Shown here in pieces: positions 21,453-33,712 of a stretch of 64,000 bases of DNA. The notes below the pieces were generated by a model. It ran no database searches. It was not told the origin of the DNA and saw nothing but the letters and a program-made list of their open reading frames with translations. The position numbers and the translations under genes are program-made. Each line of letters begins with the position of its first letter. The first letter of the stretch is position 1. Source of the stretch: an uncultured delta proteobacterium (GTDB lineage: Bacteria; Desulfobacterota; Desulfobacteria; Desulfobacterales; Desulfosalsimonadaceae); assembly GCA_963826785.1 (NCBI GenBank), contig CAWGYD010000009.1:24773-88772 (forward strand), read 5' to 3'.

Positions 21453-21791
21453 CTAATGGCTGCAGGAGCCCCCTTCTGAAGTGGACCCGCAACCCGAGCA
21501 TCCGCCGCCGCTGCCGCCCATATTCAGATTTGAACGGATCTGGAAACCCATTCCCTGATAATCGATGGTTACGGGCTGGGCCTGTTCCATCAGATCCTTG
21601 CTGGCAATGATCTGAAATCCATTAACATCAAATACCTCATCCGACTGTGTCGGCTCATCCAGAGCCAATGACAAAGACGGACCGCCTCACCCGGATTGGT
21701 TGAGGAACAAGCGGATCGGCTTGGTCTCCATCTTGTTGTCCTCAAAGAACTGATTGATTTTCTGCTGTGCAGAATCCGTTACTTCCAGCAT
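21453..21791 (-). CDS. IscA/HesB-like selenoprotein (112 aa, Sec at codon 35)
   Basis: GGAGG RBS then MLEVTDSAQQKINQFFEDNKMETKPIRLFLNQSG-TGA(21689-21687)-GGPSLSLALDEP, in frame with ORF 21453..21674; hairpin just downstream of the UGA. Confidence 0.9.
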
Positions 21792-21836
21792 GACTACCTC
21801 CAAAATAAAGATTTCGCGAAATTTACGCTATGATAA

Positions 21837-21865
21837 ATAGTATTCATCATTGTTAATTCTGTCAA
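21837..21865 (-). promoter_or_regulatory. Sigma70 promoter for the hesB-like gene
   Basis: TTGACA-N17-TACTAT. Confidence 0.7.
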
Positions 21866-21953
21866 CGGGGTGATTTGTTCCATGAACCTATAGCCCAAAC
21901 CGGCTGGTTTAGTCCATCGTTTTTTCACGCGGCTTGCTTTTTATTTTAATTAT

Positions 21954-22478
21954 TTATTCGATAGATGAAAGGTATTGGCGATATATATCCAGATCCGAGG
22001 GCGAGAACAGCACGAAAATGACCTTTTCGATGGTTTCATTTCGGTTCAGGAAGTCCACTGTGGTGTCGATGGCGATCTTTGCGGCATCCCCTATGGGATA
22101 CCCATAAATGCCGCAGCTGATGGCCGGAAAGGCCACAGATGCCACATGGTTCTCCACGGCGCGTTTCAGGCTGTTTTCATAGCAGCCGGCCAGCAGTTCG
22201 GCATCTGCCTTCCTGCCGCGATAAACCGGCCCCACGGTGTGGATGACAAATTCTGCGGGCAAATCGTAGCCCTTGGTGACCTTGGCCTCACCGGTCTCAC
22301 ATCCTCCCAGGGTGCGGCATTCCTCCAGCAGCCGGGGCCCGGCCGCACGGTGGATGGCGCCATCCACGCCGCCGCCGCCCAGCAGGGTCTTGTTTGCGGC
22401 ATTCACGATGGCATCCACCGACAGCCGCGTGATATCCCCGAGCATCAGCTCGATGCGCGCTATGGCATTGCTGGACAT
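21954..22478 (-). CDS. Macro domain protein, O-acetyl-ADP-ribose deacetylase (YmdB-like)
   Basis: GDIT...AIVNAAN...[37 protein letters not shown]. Confidence 0.93.
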   Translation of the reverse strand: MSSNAIARIELMLGDITRLSVDAIVNAANKTLLGGGGVDGAIHRAAGPRLLEECRTLGGCETGEAKVTKGYDLPAEFVIHTVGPVYRGRKADAELLAGCYENSLKRAVENHVASVAFPAISCGIYGYPIGDAAKIAIDTTVDFLNRNETIEKVIFVLFSPSDLDIYRQYLSSIE

Positions 22479-22635
22479 TGTCTCCTCCCCAAATCCACTT
22501 TTTGCATCCATGCAAATAGATGCAAATAATTCTTAAATTGACTTAACTATCGCCTTCTGGTATTTCCCGGTGCACTTAAAATATACATCCGATTGATTTA
22601 AATTCATCAAATTCATTATAGAAAGGAATCATTTT

Positions 22636-23049
22636 ATGCAAAGAACGCTATCGCTCATCAAACCGGACGGAGTTTCACGGGGGCTGATCGGAGAGGTGAT
22701 CCGGCGGTTTGAAAAAAACGGCATCCGGATTGCGGCCATGAAAATGCTGCACTTGACCCGGGCACAGGCGGAAGGCTTTTATGCCGTGCACAAAAACCGG
22801 CCCTTTTTCCAGAGCCTGACCGAGTTCATGTGCTCCGGACCCATCGTCGCCATGATCCTGGAAGGGGAAAACGTGATCGAAAAAAACCGGACCCTGATGG
22901 GCGCCACCAATTACAAGGAAGCCGCCGAAGGAACCATCCGGGCCGATTTTGCCACGGATATCGAAAAAAATATCGTTCACGGCTCCGATGCGCCGGAAAC
23001 TGCCGAATTCGAAATGAATTACTTCTTCAACCGCTTCGAAATCGTTTAG
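22636..23049 (+). CDS. ndk: Nucleoside diphosphate kinase
   Basis: [25 protein letters not shown]. Confidence 0.97.
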   Translation: MQRTLSLIKPDGVSRGLIGEVIRRFEKNGIRIAAMKMLHLTRAQAEGFYAVHKNRPFFQSLTEFMCSGPIVAMILEGENVIEKNRTLMGATNYKEAAEGTIRADFATDIEKNIVHGSDAPETAEFEMNYFFNRFEIV

Positions 23050-23079
23050 ATTCAACCAACCTGCAGGGCAATATCCAAA

Positions 23080-23127
23080 CTCGCAGGGAGCGTAAAGTTC
23101 AAATTCTTTCTTTGCGCTCTTTGCGAG
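23080..23127. repeat. Imperfect palindrome (REP-like or terminator) between convergent ndk and lepA
   Basis: CTCGCAGGGAGCGTAAAG / CTTTGCGCTCTTTGCGAG; all three mismatches can form G-U pairs on the plus strand. Confidence 0.6.
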
Positions 23128-23151
23128 AAATCTCTTCCAACTTCCAACCGA

Positions 23152-24945
23152 TCAATCCTTGCTTTTTAAAACCGAAAGAAACGCGGACTGGGGTATCATG
23201 ACCTCCCCCACCATCTTCATCCGCTTTTTGCCTTTCTTCTGCTTTTCCAGGAGTTTTCGCTTCCGGGTAATGTCCCCGCCATAGCACTTGGCCGTTACGT
23301 CCTTGCGAAAAGGGGAAATGGTTTTGCGCGCGATCACCTGGGCGCCGATTGTCCCCTGGACGGCGATCTTGAACATCTGGCGCGGAATCTCGTCTTTCAA
23401 TTTGTCGCAGGCAAACCGGGCCCGCTCCACCGCTTTGTCCCGATGCAGGAGCATGGACAGGGCATCCACCCGTTCCCCGTTGACCAGAAAATCCACCCGG
23501 ACCAGGTCGGTATCCCGCATGTCGAGCATTTCATAATCGAAGGACCCGTATCCCTGGGTGACGGATTTGAGCTTGTCGTAAAAATCGTAAACGACTTCGG
23601 CCAGGGGCAGTTCGAAAACCATTTCCATGCGGTCGCGGGTCAGGTACTGGTAGTTGCGGTTGATGCCGCGCCGCTCCAGGCAGAGCGTCATCACCGCGCC
23701 CATATAGCGGTCCGGGATGATGATGGAGGCCTTGATGAAGGGTTCCTGGGATTTGGCGATGGTGGTGGGTTCGGGATACAGGGCCGGGTTGTCGATCCGA
23801 ACCACAGTGCCGTCATTGAGTTCGATGCGGTACTCCACCGACGGGGCGGTGATGATCAGGGAAAGATCATATTCACGTTCCAGCCGCTCCTGCACCACTT
23901 CCAGATGCAAAAGCCCTAAAAAACCGCACCTGAAGCCAAACCCCAGGGCCACGGATGAATCCTTTTCATACACCAGGGATGCGTCATTTAAGGTGAGTTT
24001 CTCCAGCGCCAGGGCCAGATCCGGGTAATCATCAGTGGAGACCGGATACAAAGACGAGAATACCACCGGCTTGCTGATCTTGAAACCCGGCAGTGCCTTG
24101 TCGCAGGGTCGGCTTTTCAAGGTGATGGTGTCGCCGATCCGGGTATCGCTGACGGTTTTGATGCCCGCGATCATGTACCCCACCCGTCCGGCGGCCAGTT
24201 CTTTCTGGGGCATCCGCTTGATCTGGAGGATGCCGACTTCCTCCACCCCGTATACCGCCCGGTTGGACATGAACATGATTTCATCTCCGGGCCTGAGCGT
24301 GCCTTCGAATACCCGGCAATAGATGATGGTTCCCCGGTAGGGATCATAGTGGGAATCGAATATCAGCGCCTTCAAGGGGGCACCAACATCCCCTTTGGGC
24401 GGCGGCAGCTTGGTCACCACGGCTTCCAGGACCTCGTCGATGCCGATCCATTCCTTGGCGGAACACAGGATGGCGCTCTCCGGGTCCAGTCCGAGATCGT
24501 CGGCGATCTGCTCCTGCACCATCTCGATTTCAGCGGATGGCAGATCGATCTTGTTGATCACCGGGATGATTTCCAGATCATGCTCCAGGGCCAAATACAT
24601 GTTGGCGATGGTCTGGGCCTCTACGCCCTGGCTGGCGTCGATCACCAGCAGAGCCCCCTCGCAGGACGCCAGGGCGCGGGAAACCTCATAGCTGAAATCC
24701 ACGTGCCCCGGTGTGTCGATGAGGTTGAGCCAGTACTGTTTGCCGTCGGCCGCGGTATAGGGGAGGCAGATGGTCTGGCTCTTGATGGTGATTCCCCGCT
24801 CCCGTTCGATATCCATGGAATCGAGCATCTGATTTTTGAAATCCCGTGCGGAAACGATATCCGTCTTCTGGATCAGCCGGTCTGAAAGGGTCGACTTGCC
24901 ATGGTCGATATGTGCGATGATGCTGAAATTGCGTATATTTTTCAT
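23152..24945 (-). CDS. lepA: Translation elongation factor 4
   Basis: MKNIRNFSIIAHIDHGKSTL, DTPGHVDF, KCYGGDITRKRKLLEKQK. Confidence 0.98.
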   Translation of the reverse strand: MKNIRNFSIIAHIDHGKSTLSDRLIQKTDIVSARDFKNQMLDSMDIERERGITIKSQTICLPYTAADGKQYWLNLIDTPGHVDFSYEVSRALASCEGALLVIDASQGVEAQTIANMYLALEHDLEIIPVINKIDLPSAEIEMVQEQIADDLGLDPESAILCSAKEWIGIDEVLEAVVTKLPPPKGDVGAPLKALIFDSHYDPYRGTIIYCRVFEGTLRPGDEIMFMSNRAVYGVEEVGILQIKRMPQKELAAGRVGYMIAGIKTVSDTRIGDTITLKSRPCDKALPGFKISKPVVFSSLYPVSTDDYPDLALALEKLTLNDASLVYEKDSSVALGFGFRCGFLGLLHLEVVQERLEREYDLSLIITAPSVEYRIELNDGTVVRIDNPALYPEPTTIAKSQEPFIKASIIIPDRYMGAVMTLCLERRGINRNYQYLTRDRMEMVFELPLAEVVYDFYDKLKSVTQGYGSFDYEMLDMRDTDLVRVDFLVNGERVDALSMLLHRDKAVERARFACDKLKDEIPRQMFKIAVQGTIGAQVIARKTISPFRKDVTAKCYGGDITRKRKLLEKQKKGKKRMKMVGEVMIPQSAFLSVLKSKD

Positions 24946-25088
24946 TGAATGCGCGTTTGTGCCTGCCGGATTATTGAATTGAAATTCTAAATACAGGTAA
25001 AAGCAAATTGACTTGTGTCAAGTCCCTATGCTACGTCTGTAATTGCCTTTTTTGTGAAAAGACGCCTATTTATCAGGAATATGGGCGC

Positions 25089-26045
25089 ATGTCAACATAT
25101 GTGAACGATGCGAAAGGAATAAATTCCGGGACCATGACCGCACAGATTCTGATCGTTGATGATGACACGGGCGTCCGCAGCGCCATGGAAGAGTTCCTGT
25201 CCATGTTCGATTACACCACCCATACCGCCGGCAGCGCCGAGGCGGCCCTCGAGTTTCTCAAAACCCGGTCCGTGGACGTGATCATCACCGATATCATTCT
25301 TAACGGCATGGATGGCCTGGAAATGACCCGGCGGGTCAAGGAACACTATGACACGGATGTCATCGTGGTCACCGGTTACACCGCCGAATACTCCTATGAA
25401 GAAGCCGTCAGCAAGGGGGCCGATGATTTTATCTTCAAGCCCTTGAAATTCGAAGAGCTTCTCCTGAGGCTCAAGCGGGTGCTCCGGGAGCGGGAACTCA
25501 CCCGGGAGCGGTCCCAGATGCTGGAAAAGTTAAGGCAGATGGCCATCACCGACGATCTCACGCAGCTTTACAATTCCAGGCATTTCTACGATCAGCTGCA
25601 GCAGGAAATCAGCCGGTTTGACCGGTACCACCATTGCATTTCGCTCCTGCTCATCGATATCGACCATTTCAAATATTTCAATGACAGTTACGGGCATCTG
25701 GAAGGCGACCGCATTCTTCACCAGATGGGAGGACTGATCACCTCGTGCCTTCGGAAAATGGATACCGCCTATCGTTACGGTGGCGAGGAATTCACGGTGA
25801 TCCTTCCGGAGACCCCCTGCGATGCGGCATACAAGGTCGCAGAACGGATCCATGAAACCGTCGGCCAGCAGCTTTTTGATTCGGTCAACGGCGATCGCAT
25901 CACCGTGAGCATCGGCGTGACGGAATACCAGCCCGGTGAATCCATGAATGAATTCATCAAACGGGCGGATCAGGCCATGTATATCGCCAAGGGAAAGGGC
26001 CGCAACCGGATCTCTTCTCTTTTACCGGATCAACCCCAGGGCTGA
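25089..26045 (+). CDS. Response regulator diguanylate cyclase (REC-GGDEF)
   Basis: ILIVDDD...IITDI...FKP receiver; DIDHFK and RKMD(I-site)-RYGGEEF; start could be 25089 or 25134. Confidence 0.92.
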   Translation: MSTYVNDAKGINSGTMTAQILIVDDDTGVRSAMEEFLSMFDYTTHTAGSAEAALEFLKTRSVDVIITDIILNGMDGLEMTRRVKEHYDTDVIVVTGYTAEYSYEEAVSKGADDFIFKPLKFEELLLRLKRVLRERELTRERSQMLEKLRQMAITDDLTQLYNSRHFYDQLQQEISRFDRYHHCISLLLIDIDHFKYFNDSYGHLEGDRILHQMGGLITSCLRKMDTAYRYGGEEFTVILPETPCDAAYKVAERIHETVGQQLFDSVNGDRITVSIGVTEYQPGESMNEFIKRADQAMYIAKGKGRNRISSLLPDQPQG

Positions 26046-27011
26046 TCGATTTTCACCTTCAAAAACAGATCCCCTTTTTCTCCCCCGGGTATTGTACGGC
26101 CCAGCCCTTTCAATCTCAGCACATTGCCTTCACGGGTTCCTGAAGGCACCACGATGTTATAGGATCGGTTGTAGAATCCCCATGGAATGGTGACCATCTT
26201 TCGGGTGCCTGCCCTGGCCTCATAAGGCGTGATCCGAAGGACATCGTACATATGAACCTCATCCGAAACGCCGGCGGGCCGAAGCACCTGGAGCCGTTCG
26301 GTTCGTTTCCGAGCGATCCCCGGACGCTTGTGAGCCCCGGCTGCGGGCTCCGATTTTACCCGGAACGCCTTTAGCGCAATCACTCCGAATAAGAACCCCC
26401 CGATGTGCGCCCACCAGGCGATTCCACTGGCAAACGCCTGGCCGATGCCGGCATTGGCCAGCTGAAATACGAACCAGAAACCCCAGGAAGAAGAAGGCCG
26501 GAATTTCAATGATCCAGGGGATGATGATGATGGGAATGAGCGTGAGGATCCGGGCGTTGGGAAACAGCACCAGATAGGCGCCCATCACCCCGGCGATGGC
26601 ACCGCTGGCGCCGATGGTTGGCATGGCGGAATTAATATTGACCAACAGGTGGCACAAACCCGATATCAAACCGGCGGCCAGGTAGAACGCCAGGTAATAA
26701 GAAGAGCCGAGCCGGTCTTCGACGTTGTCCCCGAAAATGTATAAAAACCACATATTCCCCAGAAGATGCCAGAATCCGCCGTGAAGGAACATGAAGGAAA
26801 CCAGGGAAAACAGCTGCTGTCCCAGGGTGAAATGGGCGGCATAAAACGGCACCGAATACCGGGCCGGTACCAGGCCGTAGGTGAATATGAACTGCTCGAG
26901 ATGCGGCCCCTGGGCCATCTGCAGCAGGTAAACCGCAACATTGATGCCGATGAGGGTCATATTGACCACCGGGTAATTCCGGGAAGGAACGGTATCGCGC
27001 AGTGGTATCAT
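26030..27011 (-). CDS. Rhomboid intramembrane serine protease with a C-terminal DnaJ_C-like domain; one frameshift at about 26478-26484
   Basis: MIPLRD, MFLHGG, FGDNVED, GASG; the other frame continues WWAHIGG and ...VVPSGTREGNVLRLKGLG...GDLFLKV. Confidence 0.85.
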
Positions 27012-27863
27012 TTATATGTGCAGGGGCTTGATCTTCATGCTGATGTCCACAGAAACGGCGCTATGGGTCAGGGCCCCCACGGAAATAATATCGATGCCGG
27101 TATCGGCCAGCAGGGGCAGATCTTCCATTTTCACCTGACCGGAAACTTCAACCAGGGATTTGCCGCCGATAATGCCCACCGCCGTGCGGATCAGGTCCGG
27201 CCCCATATTATCGAGCATGATCACATCCGCACCCGCCGAAAGGGCCTGGCGCACTTCCTCCAGACTCGATGCCTCGATCTCGATCTTCAACAGATGCGAC
27301 ACCCGGCTGCGGATCGCCTCGATGGCCGGGTGGATGCCGCCGAAAGCGGCAATGTGGTTATCCTTGATCAGCACGCCATCAAAAAGCCCCATACGGTGGT
27401 TATGCGCACCGCCCGCGCGCACAGCATACTTTTCCAGCATCCGCCATCCCGGGATGGTCTTTCGCGTGTCCACCAGCCGCACGGAACTGTTTTTCAGGGC
27501 GTTGGCATATTTTCTGACATTCGATGCAATCCCGGACAGACGCTGAAGAAAATTCAATCCTGTCCGCTCACCGGTCAGCAGGGCGCCCATGCGGCTGGAA
27601 ACCTCTGCGATCACGGTTCCGGCCTGAACCGCTTCGCCGTCATGAAAGCTTGAATAAAATACCGCATGGGGATCGAGTTTTTCAAAGACGCGCCGTATGA
27701 CCGGAAGCCCTGCGATGACCAGGTCCGCCTTGGCCAGTATCTTTCCTTTACCCGGGTCCCCCAGGTTGGGAAGAAACCCCGTGGTCACGTCGCCGGGACC
27801 GATATCTTCTTCGAAGGCCAGTTCGATCAGGTGGTCGATGACAAAGGGGTTGAGTTGATCCAT
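27012..27863 (-). CDS. nadC: Nicotinate-nucleotide pyrophosphorylase (carboxylating)
   Basis: EDIGPGDVTT, DTRKT, HRMGL, IKDNH, MLDN, SVGALTHS. Confidence 0.96.
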   Translation of the reverse strand: MDQLNPFVIDHLIELAFEEDIGPGDVTTGFLPNLGDPGKGKILAKADLVIAGLPVIRRVFEKLDPHAVFYSSFHDGEAVQAGTVIAEVSSRMGALLTGERTGLNFLQRLSGIASNVRKYANALKNSSVRLVDTRKTIPGWRMLEKYAVRAGGAHNHRMGLFDGVLIKDNHIAAFGGIHPAIEAIRSRVSHLLKIEIEASSLEEVRQALSAGADVIMLDNMGPDLIRTAVGIIGGKSLVEVSGQVKMEDLPLLADTGIDIISVGALTHSAVSVDISMKIKPLHI

Positions 27864-27880
27864 GATATAATTTTCCGCCT

Positions 27881-30550
<2,670 letters not shown>

Positions 30551-30633
30551 TTTCATCGTCCTTTGAGTGTCGATCCTTATATGAATAATTCGGAATGGTT
30601 CAGCAGACAACCGATCCTTCGGAGATTAAGATC

Positions 30634-30667
30634 AAAAAAATGGGGATTAACACGTAACCCCCATTTC
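30634..30667 (-). terminator. Intrinsic terminator-like hairpin between the acidic-protein gene and valS
   Basis: Minus strand AAATGGGGG-TTACGTGTTAA-TCCCCATTTTTTT. Confidence 0.6.
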
Positions 30668-30718
30668 TGCAATTCTTCTTCCGGAAAAAATTCCGCCGGA
30701 TATACGATTGTATGAAAA

Positions 30719-31339
30719 CTATTTTTTCAATGCGGAAATAATGATCTCCTTGAGACGGCCGACTTCTGCGGTCACCGCTTTTTCGACCATCTCCTCAATC
30801 ATGTGGTTAATCTGGTCGGTGTACATGTGACGGATGGCCCTTTCAACCGCTTGGTCCATATCGGGAGATACCGGCGCCGGCGTTTCGGGCCGGGCGGGTT
30901 GACCATCATCGGAAAATACGGCCTGCGGCGCTTTCTTCAGGCCGGGAGCGTCTTCATCTTCCGGACCGAAATAATCGTCGAGTTCACGGGAAAGTTCTTC
31001 CTCCATATCATCGTCAGGAGGCAGGGATTCATCACCTGATGAATCAGAATCGGTGGAGGATCTTTCGGCAATGGGGGGGGCGGATTTTTCATCGTGGGAC
31101 AGATCGAGCATATGGTGATCATCGGATTCTTCCACCGTGACGCCGGAAATTCCGTTCATGGCCTCGTCGATCAACTCCTCAGTGAGTTCGATGATCGCCT
31201 CATCTTCCTGGGTGGTGCCGATGGCGATATCCGAAAGCTCGATAACCTCGTTTTCTTCACGGGCGACTTCCCCCTGCCCTTCTGCTTCGGATGGTTTCGT
31301 CTCCGCATCTGCCCGGCTATTTTCCTGATAATCGGTCAT
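30719..31339 (-). CDS. Acidic, largely disordered protein with a C-terminal helical domain; PopZ/RomR-tail-like
   Basis: D/E/P/S-rich 206 aa; EVIELSD and IIELTEE motifs; C-terminal VEKAVTAEVGRL helix; directly upstream of valS. Confidence 0.6.
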   Translation of the reverse strand: MTDYQENSRADAETKPSEAEGQGEVAREENEVIELSDIAIGTTQEDEAIIELTEELIDEAMNGISGVTVEESDDHHMLDLSHDEKSAPPIAERSSTDSDSSGDESLPPDDDMEEELSRELDDYFGPEDEDAPGLKKAPQAVFSDDGQPARPETPAPVSPDMDQAVERAIRHMYTDQINHMIEEMVEKAVTAEVGRLKEIIISALKK

Positions 31340-31546
31340 TTAGATTCGGCCCCCTGTTTCATAGATTCATTTCGGTTCAAAGATCATGAATTTTTGAGAT
31401 ATTTCGGTATTTTTCTATCACGGGGGACACTGTGGTGTCAAGGAAATTACACCCATTTTACCCCCTGCAGGCAACCGGGTGCTGCTATTTGCATAAAAGA
31501 CGCAAATTGGAATTGATTTCAGCGGGGTAGTTTTTTAAGATAGGGC

Positions 31547-32284
31547 ATGACACTGCGCAGATTCTACATCGACCCCGAAGCGATCAAATCGGCCGCACCC
31601 GCGGTTGTCGGCCCGGATGCCCGCCATATCACCACCGTGCTGCGCCTGAAAAGAGATGACCGCATCCTCCTTCTTGACGGAACGGGATCGATGTATGAGG
31701 CCAGAATCACCAGCCTTTCAAATGAACGGGTGGAGGTCTGTGTTATCCGCACCTGCGGCGGTGAAGCCGAATCGCCGATTCGGATCATCGTGGGGCAGGG
31801 TTTTTTAAAAGACAAGAAAATGGACCTGCTGGTGCGGCATTTGACTGAAATCGGCATATCTGCATGGATTCCGGTGTTTACCCGAAATGCCATCCCCCGT
31901 CCGGATGGAAAACGCCTGGCATCGCGTGTCGAGAGATGGAAAACCATCGCCATGGAAGCGGCCAAACAGTGCCGACGCAGCCGGCCGCCCGATATCTCTG
32001 ATCCGATTTCTTTTGACGACCTGTTGAAAATCGACGCGGACATCAAAATCGTGTTCTGGGAGAACGAGACCGGACGATGGATGGAAAAGCCCCCTGCCCG
32101 CCAGGAAAACGCATCCATCCTGATGCTGCTGGGCCCCGAAGGCGGATTCACTGAGGACGAGATAAAAAAGGCCAAAGGGGCCGGGTTTGCCACTGCATCC
32201 CTCGGACCCCGGATTTTGAGAGCGGAAACAGCCGCGATTGCCGCCGCCGCATTGATACAGCACCACTATGGCGACATGGGATAA
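31547..32284 (+). CDS. rsmE: 16S rRNA (uracil-1498-N3)-methyltransferase
   Basis: HITTVLRL, EAAKQCRR, LGPEGGF, LGPRILRAETA. Confidence 0.96.
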   Translation: MTLRRFYIDPEAIKSAAPAVVGPDARHITTVLRLKRDDRILLLDGTGSMYEARITSLSNERVEVCVIRTCGGEAESPIRIIVGQGFLKDKKMDLLVRHLTEIGISAWIPVFTRNAIPRPDGKRLASRVERWKTIAMEAAKQCRRSRPPDISDPISFDDLLKIDADIKIVFWENETGRWMEKPPARQENASILMLLGPEGGFTEDEIKKAKGAGFATASLGPRILRAETAAIAAAALIQHHYGDMG

Positions 32285-32311
32285 ACATGTCGGAAACGAT
32301 CTATAGAAGTC

Positions 32312-32358
32312 AAAAAGCATAAAAGGCGGCCTTTTTAGGGCCGCCTTTTATGCTTTTT
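32312..32358. terminator. Bidirectional terminator (perfect 20-bp inverted repeat) between rsmE and tRNA-Phe
   Basis: AAAAAGCATAAAAGGCGGCC-TTTTTAG-GGCCGCCTTTTATGCTTTTT. Confidence 0.85.
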
Positions 32359-32368
32359 AAATATAAAG

Positions 32369-32441
32369 TGCCGGGGGACAGAATCGAACTGCCGACACGG
32401 GGATTTTCAGTCCCCTGCTCTACCGACTGAGCTACCCCGGC
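32369..32441 (-). tRNA. tRNA-Phe (GAA), CCA not encoded
   Basis: GCCGGGGTAGCTCAGTCGGTAGAGCAGGGGACTGAAAATCCCCGTGTCGGCAGTTCGATTCTGTCCCCCGGCA cloverleaf. Confidence 0.97.
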
Positions 32442-32568
32442 ATAATTTCTGGATTAATTCCCTGCTGCTATATGCTGCATAGCAATAGTCAAAAACCAAA
32501 CCCAAGATCAAAAACGTTGCCGACCTAATAAAATCAGTAACTTACAAAGTTGCTGAAAGTTATTCTTA

Positions 32569-32596
32569 ACTATAATTTTCTGGCTATTCTTGTCAA
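32569..32596 (-). promoter_or_regulatory. Sigma70 promoter for tRNA-Phe
   Basis: TTGACA-N16-TATAGT. Confidence 0.65.
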
Positions 32597-32639
32597 GCGG
32601 TTTTTCGCTGATTGAAAATTTTTCCAAAAGCGGTTGATT

Positions 32640-32888
32640 TCAATACCCGCCGCGCTTGGCTTTTTGAGGGCCTACGGCATTGTTGCATTTGGGGCACCGG
32701 CCGGCATGCACGCTCACCATTCCCTGCCATCCGCACAGGTCACACTGAGCGGCCCGGGTGTAGGCACTGCTTTTTCCTTTGAACAGGAATTTACGGACAT
32801 TTTTCCAGATAAAACCGGCCGCCGCCGCAACAATGACGATCATAACAACGTCGTATACCGTAAAATCTCCGAAAACGATTGTCTCCAT
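32640..32888 (-). CDS. Small membrane-anchored Zn-ribbon protein
   Basis: One hydrophobic helix followed by CDLC...CPKC; GGGGAG RBS. Confidence 0.7.
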   Translation of the reverse strand: METIVFGDFTVYDVVMIVIVAAAAGFIWKNVRKFLFKGKSSAYTRAAQCDLCGWQGMVSVHAGRCPKCNNAVGPQKAKRGGY

Positions 32889-33077
32889 GATCGACTCCCC
32901 ATCTTTAAATATGAAAATGTCCGACTTGGAACTCGGATTTGAATACCACAAAGAGGTCTTCTGTGTCTACTTCCTTTAAAGGCGTTGACGCAGTCCCGAT
33001 TTTAATATAGATATTTACAGATCTGATCAGTAAAAAAGAAACGGAAATCTCGGAAAAAATACGGCAGGAAAAGACAA

Positions 33078-33557
33078 ATGGAGGACTGGCGCATGAAAGC
33101 TGTTCCCGGAGGTTCCTTCGACATCAGATTCATCCAGATCCTGATGATTGCCGCTGTCGCCTTCGCGCCCGTTTTTTTTGCCGGATGCACGACCACCCAG
33201 AAGGGTTACAGCGGCCCCTATCGGCAAGCCGGTGAAGTGGCCTATCTTCAACCCGACCGGGAGAAGGCATTTACGCATGTGGCCATCCTGTCGGTGGATG
33301 GCATCAAATGGAGCTATTTGGATTCACGATTCGAAATCCTGCCCGGCCCGCACCAAGTGGATGTCCGGATTACGCTCGATTATCCCTACCTGGATGAACC
33401 CCTTTCCTTTCGCCAGGATATCTCATTTGAAACCGAAGCGGCCCAGACATACACTATTCATGGCAAAATCGAACCCATCTTCCGAACAGGTGATATCTGG
33501 GTCACCTCCGACCAGACACCCGGCGAATCGATGGCCAAATGGCACAGTTCCTTCTGA
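33078..33557 (+). CDS. Hypothetical lipoprotein
   Basis: Hydrophobic stretch ending in a FAGC lipobox; ILSVDG...LPGPH beta-rich domain; start could be 33093. Confidence 0.65.
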   Translation: MEDWRMKAVPGGSFDIRFIQILMIAAVAFAPVFFAGCTTTQKGYSGPYRQAGEVAYLQPDREKAFTHVAILSVDGIKWSYLDSRFEILPGPHQVDVRITLDYPYLDEPLSFRQDISFETEAAQTYTIHGKIEPIFRTGDIWVTSDQTPGESMAKWHSSF

Positions 33558-33653
33558 AAAAGTGCTGCCCGGATGCACTGTTTCCGACTTTTTTGCGATT
33601 TCATCAATTCTGCATCGTTTGAATCAGGTGTTTAGACCGATCTGGCAGAAAAT

Positions 33654-33691
33654 AAAAGGGGCGGCCTTTTTAACGAGGTCGCCCCTTTTTT
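33654..33691. terminator. Bidirectional terminator
   Basis: AAAAGGGGCGGCC...GGTCGCCCCTTTTTT between convergent genes. Confidence 0.8.
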
Positions 33692-33712
33692 CTCAAATTT
33701 GGATGTCAAATA

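Noticed and set aside
21954..22478. Macro domain as part of a DarTG or Thoeris system
   Set aside because: Stand-alone YmdB-like protein with no toxin, TIR or SIR2 partner
30551..30718. Possible T-box or attenuator upstream of valS
   Set aside because: A terminator hairpin is present, but no T-box consensus or specifier stem is visible and the gap is short
32369..32441. tRNA-Phe as an island integration site
   Set aside because: No duplicated 3' end and no integrase; the 3' neighbour is the core gene rsmE
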